Below are positions 30,117 to 39,285 of a stretch of DNA of 58,641 nucleotides, piece by piece. Below the pieces are notes generated by a model. It made no database searches, was not told where the DNA came from, and saw only the letters and a list, made by a program, of their open reading frames with translations. Where the stretch lies: the NCBI GenBank assembly GCA_009703925.1, contig WLFD01000001.1, forward strand, positions 1-58,641. Direction: 5' to 3'. Both the position numbers and the translations under genes were made by a program. The number at the start of each line of letters is the position of its first letter. The first letter of the stretch is position 1. The stretch is from Actinomycetota bacterium. Its GTDB lineage: Bacteria; Actinomycetota; Acidimicrobiia; Acidimicrobiales; Acidimicrobilacustridaceae.

Positions 30117-30971
30117 ATGACCCCCACCTCACCCAACCGGATCCTGCGCCTCGTCGGCGCTCTCGGCATCACGCTGGCCCTTGTGGCTGGCGCCGGCGCC
30201 TGTTCCGGAGGCGACAAATCGACACCCGCGGACGACTCGACCACGGTGACCTCGAGTGAAGCGTTCCCGACGGTTCAGGCCGCGACGGTCAAGGGCAAGT
30301 CCATCAATGTCGTCAGCGCACCCCCTGCAGGTGTCACGACCTCGACTCCGGCGGTACCCACCACGATCGCCCAGAACGCCCTTCCCGCCATCCCCCGCAA
30401 CGGCCTCAACTCCGCGGGCGTGAAGAAGACGGCTGACGGATTCGAGTACACGAATCCGACGTACTTCAAGAACCCGCTCGTGTTCGAGGTTCTCGAGACG
30501 AGTGGCGACTGGCTCAAGGTCCTCATCCCGGCCCGTCCGAACCAGACCGAAGGCTGGATCAAGGCCACCGATGTGACTCTGGAAACCGTCTCCTACCGCA
30601 TGGTCCTCGACCTCTCGAAGTTCCAACTCACCGTCTACAAGGGCAACGATGTCTTCGTCGAAACTTCCGTCGTGATCGGCAAGGACTCGACCCGGACGCC
30701 TGTCGGCCGCTTCTACCTGACCGAGAAGATCAAGCAGTCCAACGACACCGGGATCTACGGATCCTGGGTACTCGCGACCAACGGCTACAGCGAGTCGCTC
30801 GACACGTTCAACGACGGCCTCCCCGTGATCGCATTCCACGGGACGAACCAGCCCGAACTCGTCGGTACGAAGGCCTCGAACGGTTGCATCCGCATGACAA
30901 ACGAGGTTGTCTCGCAACTTGCCGATGCACTGCCGGCCGGCACGCCGATCGACATCATTCCGGGGGCCTGA
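30117..30971 (+). CDS. L,D-transpeptidase family lipoprotein
   Basis: Signal peptide ending GAC; TPVGRFY and FHGT...SNGCIR (YkuD catalytic His/Cys). Confidence 0.88.
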   Translation: MTPTSPNRILRLVGALGITLALVAGAGACSGGDKSTPADDSTTVTSSEAFPTVQAATVKGKSINVVSAPPAGVTTSTPAVPTTIAQNALPAIPRNGLNSAGVKKTADGFEYTNPTYFKNPLVFEVLETSGDWLKVLIPARPNQTEGWIKATDVTLETVSYRMVLDLSKFQLTVYKGNDVFVETSVVIGKDSTRTPVGRFYLTEKIKQSNDTGIYGSWVLATNGYSESLDTFNDGLPVIAFHGTNQPELVGTKASNGCIRMTNEVVSQLADALPAGTPIDIIPGA

Positions 30972-31008
30972 CGGTCATCCCTGAAACGGGATGACCTGCG
31001 CTGCCGGC

Positions 31009-31575
31009 TCAGTGAGCGGTAGCTGCCGCCGAATGCTGGGCGGCGAGGACATCCTGGGCCATTGCGAGAATCCGACGGGGTTCATCGCGGGCCATCGAGG
31101 CCACGTCGGCGACGCTTGAACGGAGGATCTCCTCGTTCACGCCGTCGACGATCGCCCGGCGCTCGACGTAATGATGCGGGCTCGCCACAGATGCGAACAC
31201 CTGCGAGCGAACAGCCACGAGATCGGCCGGCGCCTCGGCGAGAAAACCCCAGAGAGTGAGCGCAAGGCTCAGATCGTGGATCACGGGGGCGCGTCCGTAG
31301 ATCGCGGAGCGGCGCATGGCTATGGCCAGGCAACCCGAGAGCGCATCGGCTTCGGATTCGGACGGGACGAGCACAAGCTTGCCGGTGAACTGGCGTGCGA
31401 GTTTGAGCGCAAAGCCCTGATCCGGCCCGGGGGCACCGAGGCGGGCCCCGAGGGGCTGGCGGCCCGAGAGTTCGGCCGGACGATCGGCCACCCACGATTC
31501 AGGGCGACGCGGCGGCGATGAGTACACGCGGGCGGAGTCATCGGTCGGCTTGGGAACGTAATCGGGAGCGGCCAC
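31009..31575 (-). CDS. Conserved hypothetical protein
   Basis: 188-aa ORF with coding-like codon bias (GPDQGFAL, GRAPVIHDL). GTG start 6 nt after TAGATT. Confidence 0.7.
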   Translation of the reverse strand: MAAPDYVPKPTDDSARVYSSPPRRPESWVADRPAELSGRQPLGARLGAPGPDQGFALKLARQFTGKLVLVPSESEADALSGCLAIAMRRSAIYGRAPVIHDLSLALTLWGFLAEAPADLVAVRSQVFASVASPHHYVERRAIVDGVNEEILRSSVADVASMARDEPRRILAMAQDVLAAQHSAAATAH

Positions 31576-31584
31576 GGGTCGAAT

Positions 31585-33213
31585 CTAGCCCCCGGCGTGG
31601 AGCAGGCCGAACTGCAGCGAGTCGATCAGCGCCTGCCACGACGCCTCGATGACGTTGCTGTCGACTCCAACCGTTGTCCAGACCCGTTCACCATCGGTGG
31701 AGTCGATGAGCACCCGGACGACTGCGCCGGTGGCGGCGCCACCATCGACGACTCGCACCTTGAAATCGGTCAGGTGGATCCGGGCCAGAGACGGGAACCG
31801 GCCGTCGAGCGCCCGACGCACGGCATCATCGAGTGCATTGACCGGCCCGTTGCCCTCACCAACGGACGAGAGGATCTCGTCGCCGACGCGGAGTGAAACC
31901 GATGCCTCGGTCGTGACGAGCGCGACGCCGTCTCCATCGGTCGACGAGGACCGATGCACGCTCGACACCCGGTATTCCTCGAGCTCGAACGAGTCATGCT
32001 CCCAGCCGGCCGCCCGACGCATCCGCAACTCGAGCGACGCATCGGCGGACTCGAACAACCAGCCCTCGGACTCGAGCTGCTTGAGCTCCTCCGACAAAGC
32101 TCCTGCCGCCCGGTCATCGAGTTCGAGTCCGAACTCGGCCGCTTTCATCGACATGCCGGCGCGTCCTCCGAGATCGGAGACGAGTACCCGTGTGTGATTG
32201 CCCACGATCGCAGGGTCGATGTGCTCGTAGGTCGCTCCCCCGGCCCGGCCGAGCGCCGACGTGTGAAGACCACCCTTGTGGGCGAATGCCGAGGATCCGA
32301 CGAACGGATCGGCAGAGTGGGGCGGAAGGTTCACCAGTTCGGCGATTCGGTGACTGACGATGGTGAGTCGCTCGAGGCGGCCTTCGGGCAGCGTCGCCAC
32401 ACCGAGCTTGAGGGTGAGATCCGGAACCACGGTCATGAGATTCGCGTTTCCGGTGCGCTCGCCGTAACCGTTGACAGTTCCCTGCACCTGCGTGGCGCCA
32501 CCGACCACGGCAGCGACCGCATTGGCGACTGCGCAACCGGAATCGTTCTGGGTGTGGATGCCAACACCGGCGCTCGATCCCACGAACGTTACGATGTCCG
32601 ACGTGATGCGCTGGACTTCGTGAGGAAGCGAGCCGCCGTTCGTGTCGCACAGCACCAGGCAATCGGCACCGTTCACCATCGCCGCTTCAAGCACTCGCAG
32701 TGCGAACTCGGGGTTGGCCTTGTAGCCGTCGAAGAAGTGTTCCGCGTCGAAGAAGACGCGCAATCCCTCCGCCTTCAGGAACGCAACCGATTCGCCGACC
32801 ATCGCCACGCCCTCGTCGAGGGTCGTGCGAAGCGCTTCGGTGACATGGAAATCCCAGCTCTTGCCCACGATGCAGACCGTGGACGTACCGGCGCCCACAA
32901 GTGCCGCCAGAGTCGGGTCGACATCGACCTTGCCGGCCGGGCGTCGTGTCGAGCCGAATGCCACCAGTTGCGCCGTGTTCAGCTTGAGATCCAGCGGGGC
33001 ACGACGGAAGAACTCCTCGTCCTTCGGGTTGGCCTGCGGATAGCCACCTTCGATCCAGTGGACCCCGAGCCAATCGAGTTGTTCGGCGACGCGGAGTTTG
33101 TCCTCGACCGTCAGCGAGATGCCCTCGAACTGGGCGCCGTCGCGCAACGTCGTGTCGAAGATCTCGACCGATGCGGGAAGCATCGGCGTTTCCGCACGAG
33201 GATCAGTTGACAT
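31585..33213 (-). CDS. cimA: Citramalate synthase
   Basis: DTTLRDGAQFEG, PQANPKD, GKSWDFHV, FDAEHFFDG and AHKGGLH (CimA-type DRE-TIM). Start overlaps the ilvE end. Confidence 0.9.
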   Translation of the reverse strand: MSTDPRAETPMLPASVEIFDTTLRDGAQFEGISLTVEDKLRVAEQLDWLGVHWIEGGYPQANPKDEEFFRRAPLDLKLNTAQLVAFGSTRRPAGKVDVDPTLAALVGAGTSTVCIVGKSWDFHVTEALRTTLDEGVAMVGESVAFLKAEGLRVFFDAEHFFDGYKANPEFALRVLEAAMVNGADCLVLCDTNGGSLPHEVQRITSDIVTFVGSSAGVGIHTQNDSGCAVANAVAAVVGGATQVQGTVNGYGERTGNANLMTVVPDLTLKLGVATLPEGRLERLTIVSHRIAELVNLPPHSADPFVGSSAFAHKGGLHTSALGRAGGATYEHIDPAIVGNHTRVLVSDLGGRAGMSMKAAEFGLELDDRAAGALSEELKQLESEGWLFESADASLELRMRRAAGWEHDSFELEEYRVSSVHRSSSTDGDGVALVTTEASVSLRVGDEILSSVGEGNGPVNALDDAVRRALDGRFPSLARIHLTDFKVRVVDGGAATGAVVRVLIDSTDGERVWTTVGVDSNVIEASWQALIDSLQFGLLHAGG

Positions 33214-34120
33214 GCTCCAACCAGTCTTTGTAACGGTCGACGTGACCGCGCACGACACGCCCGTACTCCTCGGCGATCGCCGTCGTCATCGGGCCGGGGC
33301 AGGGAATCGTGCGATCGTCGACCGAGTTGACGGCCGAGATCTCGGCGGCCGTGCCGCACACGAACATCTCTTCGCACACGTAGAGATCGCTGCGGGTGAG
33401 ATAGTCGACCCGGACTTCGAAGCCCATGTCGTCGGCGATGGCGGCCACGGTGTCCTGCGTGATGCCTTCAAGCGCTCCTGCGGCGATCGGCGGAGTGATC
33501 AGAACCCCATCGCGGGCAACGAAGATGTTCTCGCCGGTGCATTCGCTAACGAATCCCTGCGGGTTCAGCATGATCGCTTCGTCGTACCCGGCCTTGAGTG
33601 CCTCGACCTTCGCCAACGACGAGTTCACGTAGTTGCCGGTGGTCTTCGATGCGGGCGGCATCGTGTTGTGATCGTGACGGGTCCAGGACGAGATCTTCAT
33701 GCGGACGCCCTTGGAGAGCGCGTCCTCGCCGAGATAGGCACCCCACGGCCAGCAGGCGATGGCGACATCCACCGAGCACGGGAGCGTGTTGAGGCCCATT
33801 TCGCCGTAGCCGTAATAGGCGATCGGACGGATGTACGCCGAGGGAAGGCCGGATGCGTGCACGACGGCTTTCGTCGCTGCCACCAACTCGTCGACCGAGT
33901 AGGGCATGTCCATGCCCATGATCTTCGCGGAATTGTGGAGACGTGCCATGTGCTCGGTGAGCCGGAACACGGCCGGACCGTTCGGGGTCTCGTAGGCGCG
34001 CACGCCCTCGAAGACACCCATGCCGTAATGGAGCGTGTGCGTCAGGATGTGGATCTGGGCATCGGCCCAGTCGACGAGCGAACCGTTCATCCAGATTTTT
34101 GCGGTCGGTGTAATAGGCAT
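33203..34120 (-). CDS. ilvE: Branched-chain amino acid aminotransferase
   Basis: LHYGMGVFEG, YIRP, ECTGENIF, LEGIT and CGTAAE motifs. Confidence 0.95.
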   Translation of the reverse strand: MPITPTAKIWMNGSLVDWADAQIHILTHTLHYGMGVFEGVRAYETPNGPAVFRLTEHMARLHNSAKIMGMDMPYSVDELVAATKAVVHASGLPSAYIRPIAYYGYGEMGLNTLPCSVDVAIACWPWGAYLGEDALSKGVRMKISSWTRHDHNTMPPASKTTGNYVNSSLAKVEALKAGYDEAIMLNPQGFVSECTGENIFVARDGVLITPPIAAGALEGITQDTVAAIADDMGFEVRVDYLTRSDLYVCEEMFVCGTAAEISAVNSVDDRTIPCPGPMTTAIAEEYGRVVRGHVDRYKDWLEHVN

Positions 34121-34134
34121 TGTTTCCCCTCGGG

Positions 34135-35115
34135 TTACAGACGAGCGGCGACAAGGTCGCCGATTTCAGAAGTGGATCCGGTGAGCAGTTCGCTGTCGGA
34201 ACATGCGGCCTGGATGCGGGCGGCGGCGTCGGTCTCGCCGAGGAAGTCGAGCATCATCGCGGCCGAAAGGATCGCGGCGATCGGATTGGCTCGGCCCTGA
34301 CCGGCGATGTCCGGTGCCGAACCGTGGACCGGTTCGAACATCGACGGGCTGGTTCGGTCGGGATTGAGATTGCCAGACGACGCGAATCCGATCCCACCCG
34401 ATACAGCACCACCGAGATCGGTGAGGATGTCACCGAACAGGTTGTCGGTGACGATCACGTCGTAACGCTGCGGGTTCTCCACGAAGTAGATGCAGGCGGC
34501 ATCGACATGGTTGTAGGCGGTCGAAACGTCCGGGAAGTCGAGGGCGACCTCGTTGAAGGTGCGCTCCCACAGATCGCCGGCGAACGTGAGCACATTGGTC
34601 TTGTGCACGAGTGTGAGGTGCTTGCGCTCACGACCCTGCGCCAGTCCGAATGCGTAGCGGATGCAACGCTCGACACCGTGACGGGTGTTGACCGAACCCT
34701 GCGTCGCAATCTCGAACGGCGTTCCCTTGCGGAGGAATCCGCCCTCGCCGGCATAGGTGCCTTCGGTGTTCTCGCGGATCACGATGAAGTTGTGCGATCC
34801 GTCGGGGGCGATGAACGGACGCTGGTTGATGTAGAGGTCGAGATCGAAACGCATCTTGAGCAGGAGCCCGCGTTCGATCAGACCGGGAGGAACATCCGGG
34901 GTACCGACCGCACCGAGCAACAGCGCATCGAGGCCGCGCCATTCGTCGACGGTCTCGTCGGTGAGCACCACGCCGTCGCGCAGGTACCGGGCACCACCGA
35001 GGTCGTAATCGACACAGTCGAGTTCCACTCCGGCGGCGCGGATGACCTTCAACGCTTCGGGAATGACCTCATGGCCGATTCCGTCGCCGGGGATGACACC
35101 GATTCTGTGGCTCAT
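34135..35115 (-). CDS. leuB: 3-isopropylmalate dehydrogenase
   Basis: IPGDGIG, NLFGDILTD and FEPVHGSAPDIAG motifs. Confidence 0.93.
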   Translation of the reverse strand: MSHRIGVIPGDGIGHEVIPEALKVIRAAGVELDCVDYDLGGARYLRDGVVLTDETVDEWRGLDALLLGAVGTPDVPPGLIERGLLLKMRFDLDLYINQRPFIAPDGSHNFIVIRENTEGTYAGEGGFLRKGTPFEIATQGSVNTRHGVERCIRYAFGLAQGRERKHLTLVHKTNVLTFAGDLWERTFNEVALDFPDVSTAYNHVDAACIYFVENPQRYDVIVTDNLFGDILTDLGGAVSGGIGFASSGNLNPDRTSPSMFEPVHGSAPDIAGQGRANPIAAILSAAMMLDFLGETDAAARIQAACSDSELLTGSTSEIGDLVAARL

Positions 35116-35151
35116 TCTTGCTCCAGGGGAAAAGATCTCGGGGCGGCGCAG

Positions 35152-35198
35152 ACAACGACCGCATACAACAACCGCATACAACAACCGCATACAACAAC
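35152..35198. repeat. 13-bp tandem repeat, about 3.6 copies
   Basis: ACAACGACCGCAT ACAACAACCGCAT ACAACAACCGCAT ACAACAAC. Confidence 0.9.
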
Positions 35199-35254
35199 AA
35201 GGCCGCCCACGCGAGTGGACGGCCGAAGGGCGCACGTCAAAAACCGACGTGCGC
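35191..35254 (-). terminator. Attenuator hairpins of the leuB-ilvE-cimA leader
   Basis: Hairpin A GCGCACGTC/GACGTGCGC (35230-35254), then GGCCGTCCAC-TCGC-GTGGGCGGCC followed by TTGTTGTTGT. Confidence 0.8.
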
Positions 35255-35292
35255 TACGAAATGATTACGACCGGAAAACACCTGCTTGACAT
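35254..35292 (-). CDS. Leader peptide MSSRCFPVVIIS (Val/Ile control codons)
   Basis: ATG 7 nt after a TAAGGT -10 box. Codons GTC GTA ATC ATT lie one codon before TAG, with the attenuator hairpins directly after. Confidence 0.75.
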   Translation of the reverse strand: MSSRCFPVVIIS

Positions 35293-35364
35293 CCCGAACA
35301 CCTTAGCCCGGCCCATCCTCCCGGCCATATCCGGATTTTCCGACCCGACCGCTAACATTCCGCC

Positions 35365-35832
35365 ATGGCTGTCGTCCAACATCTCTCCCAAGCAACCCAC
35401 GATCGGCTCAGCGCCGAGCTCGAGCAACTCACGACCCACGGTCGGGTCGAGATCGCCCGAAAGATCCAGACCGCCCGAGAGATGGGCGATCTTTCGGAGA
35501 ACGGCGACTATCACGCTGCCCGCGAGGAGCAGGGCAAGATGGAGGCCCGGATCCGTCAGATTCAGGGCACGCTCCTCGATGCCGAGATCGTCGATGCGGT
35601 TGCTTCCGACACCGTTGTTCCCGGTGTCACGGTCTCGATCCGCTACGAGGGCGACGACGAAGCCGAGACCTTCCTCATCGGGTCGATCGAGGAACGGGGC
35701 GGCGAGCACGAGGTGCTCACCCCGGGTTCTCCCCTCGGAGAAGCCCTCATGGGCAAACGGATCGGCGATCTCTGTGACTTCGAGGCTCCCGGAGGAGTTC
35801 TCAAGGTCGAGATCGTGAACATCGAGTCCTGA
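35365..35832 (+). CDS. greA: Transcription elongation factor GreA
   Basis: GDLSENGDYHAA and SPLGEALMG motifs. Confidence 0.95.
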   Translation: MAVVQHLSQATHDRLSAELEQLTTHGRVEIARKIQTAREMGDLSENGDYHAAREEQGKMEARIRQIQGTLLDAEIVDAVASDTVVPGVTVSIRYEGDDEAETFLIGSIEERGGEHEVLTPGSPLGEALMGKRIGDLCDFEAPGGVLKVEIVNIES

Positions 35833-35872
35833 ACATCGACTCCATGGCGCAGCTCACGGTTCTCGGCGCGCC

Positions 35873-36772
35873 ATGACCATTTCCGAATCCCCCTTTCCCA
35901 CCCCCGGGTTGCCCGAAGGTCGCTTTCTCGAACTGCCCCGGCGCGGCACGACATTCGTGCGCGAACTCCCGGGGCCCCCCGGAGCGCCGACCCTCCTGCT
36001 CCTGCACGGATGGACCGCCAACTCCGCGCTCAACTGGTTCGCCGCGTACCAACCACTCGCCGGCCACTTCCGCGTCATTGCTCTCGATCATCGCGGTCAC
36101 GGAAACGGCATCCGCAATTCCCGCCAGTTCCGACTTGACGACTGCGCCGATGATGCTGCCGCCCTTCTCGATGTCCTCGGCGTCGAACGCGCCGTTGCCG
36201 TCGGCTACTCGATGGGTGGGCCCATCGCCCAACTGCTCTGGCGACGCCATCGCGACCGTGTGGCGGGACTCGTCCTGTGTTCGACTGCCGCCCGATTCCG
36301 GGACCGCCGTGGCGAACGCGCCCTGCGCGGACTCGCCACCGGCGTCTCCGCCATCATCCGCGCCACTCCCCCCTGGATCGACCGACGTCTCGCCGAGAAG
36401 TTCCTCGTCTCCAAGTACGAGGACACGCCCCTCGGCCGTTGGGCACGAGAACAGGCCCGCCTCAACGACCTCAGGACAATGGTCGAGGCGGGTCACGCCG
36501 TGGGCGCCTTCGATTCGCGCGACTGGATCGGCCTCGTCGATGTGCCCACTGCCGTCGTCATCACCGAGCGCGACAAGACCGTCCTGCCCATCCGGCAACG
36601 GGCTCTCGCCGATGCGATCGACGGATCGGTGACGTTTCTCGTCGACGGTCGCCATGATGTCTGTGCCACCCAACCGGAGCTTTTCGTCCCCGCCCTCACG
36701 GCGGCCTGTTTCGATGTCACCGGCCGCATCCTCGACCCCGGCCCGGACGAGGCGGTCCCGGCCCCCGGCTGA
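35873..36772 (+). CDS. Alpha/beta-fold hydrolase
   Basis: LLHGW, DHRGHG and GYSMGG (nucleophile elbow) motifs. Confidence 0.9.
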   Translation: MTISESPFPTPGLPEGRFLELPRRGTTFVRELPGPPGAPTLLLLHGWTANSALNWFAAYQPLAGHFRVIALDHRGHGNGIRNSRQFRLDDCADDAAALLDVLGVERAVAVGYSMGGPIAQLLWRRHRDRVAGLVLCSTAARFRDRRGERALRGLATGVSAIIRATPPWIDRRLAEKFLVSKYEDTPLGRWAREQARLNDLRTMVEAGHAVGAFDSRDWIGLVDVPTAVVITERDKTVLPIRQRALADAIDGSVTFLVDGRHDVCATQPELFVPALTAACFDVTGRILDPGPDEAVPAPG

Positions 36773-36822
36773 CACTCGGGACCATCCGCAAGGCCACCAG
36801 ATTGTCGATATCGGCCGAATGG

Positions 36823-38418
36823 CTACGGGTGCACGACCACGCCGATGCGATGCCCGAGGACTTCTTCCATCAGTGACTTTCGCTCGTCGGCGGCCTGGAT
36901 CTCGAGCCAGACGTCGGCGCCGTTGCTCGGAATCACCAGAATCTCGAGACCGGCCACCCCATCGGGAGCGTCGAGTGCCGCTTCTCGCACCACCAGCGCG
37001 CTCACATGACCGGCATGCGAACGATCGAGCGCTATTCCGACGCGCAGGACTCCGGCCAATGCCCGCACTCGAAGCTGATCCTCGACCCGCAATCGGGCGA
37101 ACTCGGGGTGCTTCAGCTTGGGTGCACTCTTGCGGTGATACCGCGCGATCTGCGCGATCAATTCGATCTCGTGATCGGTGAAACCCGTGAGGTGATCCGA
37201 GTTCCGGATCACGTAATAACTGTGCTTGTGATGTTCCGAATGCGAGATGAACAGTCCGACATTCGCGAGTAGCGCAGCCGCCTCGAGCAGCTCGCGCGAG
37301 TCGTCACCGAGACCATGGAGCTCTGCTGTGGCATCGAACAATTCGAGGGCCAGCGCCGCAGTGCGGGCGGAGTGACGGGAATCCTCATCCATCGCCTCGG
37401 CGAGATGGAGCACGCTTCGACGTCGAAGATCGTGCAGATGATGCAGCGTCGCCCCCCGCCGACGCGACAGCGCATCGAGCAGTACGCCCTCGCGCAGGGC
37501 CGAATCGGAGATGATGAGTTCATCGATTCCGAGTTCGATCACCGCCTGCTCGAGGACGAGCGCTCCGCCAAGGATGATGTCGGCGCGACTCGGGTCCATT
37601 CCGGGGAGTTTCCGGCGCTCGTCGTTCGTCGAGGCAGCCACAAGATCCGCCACCGAACGCTCGACATCGGATCTCGTCAACACGAAGTTGTTGAACGTGC
37701 GGAGCGATCCCCCGCTGTTTCTGGCGTGTGAAAGCGACGCGATCGTCTCGGCCGTGCCCGACGACGCTATGGCGACCTCGAATCCGGCCCGGTCCGCCTC
37801 GCGGACCATTGGGGCCAGCGCCGAGCGGATATGCCGGCGACAGGCCTCCACCGAGCCCGGATGCAACCGTTCGCCCCTGAAGAATCGACGGGTCAGGCGG
37901 ATCGCACCCAGTTTGAGACTGCCGGCGGCGATCGTTTCGCCCCGCTCGCCGACAAGGATCTCCGTGCTGCCCCCGCCGATGTCGATCAGCAGAAGTCGTC
38001 GGTCGAACACCGGCACGGCCTGGAGCACGCCGAGATGGATGAGACGAGCCTCCTCGACGCCCGAGACCACGTCGATCTCGATGCCGGCCTCGACCCGCAC
38101 CCTGTCGATGAACTCGTCGGCGTTCTCGGCTTCACGGACCGCACTCGTCGCCACGGCGAAGATCTCGGCATCGTTGACCGATGCCAGACGGCCCAGACGG
38201 ATGAGTGCGGCCACTCCCCGGTCGATGGCCTCGGCGTCGAGGCGCTTCATGTCACCGGAACCGGAACCGAGGCGGACGATTTCCTTTTCGCGGGCGATCA
38301 CTTCGAAAGCCGGACCCCGAGGGGATCCGCCGTCATCGGCGACGGCGCCAACGCGGGCGACAACCATGTGGAACGAATTGGTTCCGATGTCGATCGCGGC
38401 GATCGGGCGTTCGGTCAT
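36823..38418 (-). CDS. ppx: Ppx/GppA exopolyphosphatase (long form with HD-like domain)
   Basis: AAIDIGTNSFH, ATSAVREA, EEAR, DIGGGSTE, LREG and HHKHSYY motifs. Confidence 0.9.
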   Translation of the reverse strand: MTERPIAAIDIGTNSFHMVVARVGAVADDGGSPRGPAFEVIAREKEIVRLGSGSGDMKRLDAEAIDRGVAALIRLGRLASVNDAEIFAVATSAVREAENADEFIDRVRVEAGIEIDVVSGVEEARLIHLGVLQAVPVFDRRLLLIDIGGGSTEILVGERGETIAAGSLKLGAIRLTRRFFRGERLHPGSVEACRRHIRSALAPMVREADRAGFEVAIASSGTAETIASLSHARNSGGSLRTFNNFVLTRSDVERSVADLVAASTNDERRKLPGMDPSRADIILGGALVLEQAVIELGIDELIISDSALREGVLLDALSRRRGATLHHLHDLRRRSVLHLAEAMDEDSRHSARTAALALELFDATAELHGLGDDSRELLEAAALLANVGLFISHSEHHKHSYYVIRNSDHLTGFTDHEIELIAQIARYHRKSAPKLKHPEFARLRVEDQLRVRALAGVLRVGIALDRSHAGHVSALVVREAALDAPDGVAGLEILVIPSNGADVWLEIQAADERKSLMEEVLGHRIGVVVHP

Positions 38419-38449
38419 CGGGGCAACGTACCGTTCGGAAAAGTCCCGA

Positions 38450-39118
38450 TCACGGTTCGAGCCGCAATCCGGCATCGACTTCGATCTGTCGCGCTGCAGA
38501 GGCCACCACCGAACCGTACTGCCGCCCCGGCTGACGCGTTGTGCGTTCGATCGGTCCGGAGACGCTCACCGCCGCCACCACCAATCCATTCGAATCGCGG
38601 ATCGGGGCAGAGACCGATGCCACACCGGCTTCGCGTTCGCCGACGCTCTGCACCCAGCCCTCCGAAGCGCGTGCGTGCAACTCCGAAAGGACCTTGCCGG
38701 CCGAACCGGCATCGAGCGGAAGGCTCGCTCCGAGGGGAACGATCGTGCGCAGACCGTGCAGAGACTGAAGGGCGGCGATGCACACACGCCGATCGCCTTC
38801 CCGTATGAACAGCTGCACACTCTCACCGGTCGAGTCCCGCAGGTTCAGGAGCGCTTCGTTGGCGGCCTGTGCGAGCGGCAGTCCATCGGTAGCCACCCGG
38901 CCCAGGGCGATCAGGCGTGTGCCCAGAGCGAAGCGTCCGTCCGGCTCCCGGCGGACGAGTCCGTGTGACTCGAGGGCTTTGGCCAGACGGTGTGCCGTGG
39001 CGCGGGGCAGACCGGTGACGTCGACCAGCTCGGCCAGCGACCGCGGTCGTTCCTCGAGAGCCGACAGGACCTCGACCGCCTTGTCGAGGACCCCGACACC
39101 ACCTACACTGTTTCCCAC
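38450..39118 (-). CDS. ndgR: IclR-family regulator of leuCD (NdgR/LtbR-like)
   Basis: [23 protein letters not shown] and VSVSGPIER motifs. Divergent from leuC; GTG start 6 nt after TAATCT. Confidence 0.85.
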   Translation of the reverse strand: MGNSVGGVGVLDKAVEVLSALEERPRSLAELVDVTGLPRATAHRLAKALESHGLVRREPDGRFALGTRLIALGRVATDGLPLAQAANEALLNLRDSTGESVQLFIREGDRRVCIAALQSLHGLRTIVPLGASLPLDAGSAGKVLSELHARASEGWVQSVGEREAGVASVSAPIRDSNGLVVAAVSVSGPIERTTRQPGRQYGSVVASAARQIEVDAGLRLEP

Positions 39119-39132
39119 AGGGCAAGATTACC

Positions 39133-39149
39133 GTCTCAGCATGTGAGAC
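39133..39149. promoter_or_regulatory. Palindromic IclR/NdgR-type operator
   Basis: GTCTCA-GCATG-TGAGAC in the ndgR/leuC intergenic region, next to the ndgR -10 box. Confidence 0.75.
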
Positions 39150-39200
39150 ACAAGTATGTGCGAAACAAGTATGTGCGACAGAAGTATGTGAGTTGCAAGT
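39141..39200. repeat. 15-bp tandem repeat x4
   Basis: ATGTGAGACACAAGT ATGTGCGAAACAAGT ATGTGCGACAGAAGT ATGTGAGTTGCAAGT. Confidence 0.9.
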
Positions 39201-39285
39201 ACCCGAGTTTCGGGAACAGCGCAGACGTAGACACTCGATCGGTATCCGCACCAACACCTGTTGGTTGACACGAGGGAAGGCACCC

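Noticed and set aside
29962-30132. N-terminal extensions of gltX, and similarly leuA, leuB, leuC, ilvN, LOG and the amidase, in the ORF track
   Set aside because: The extensions run through promoters, tRNA or repeats and lack family similarity. Downstream starts fit the -10 or RBS positions.
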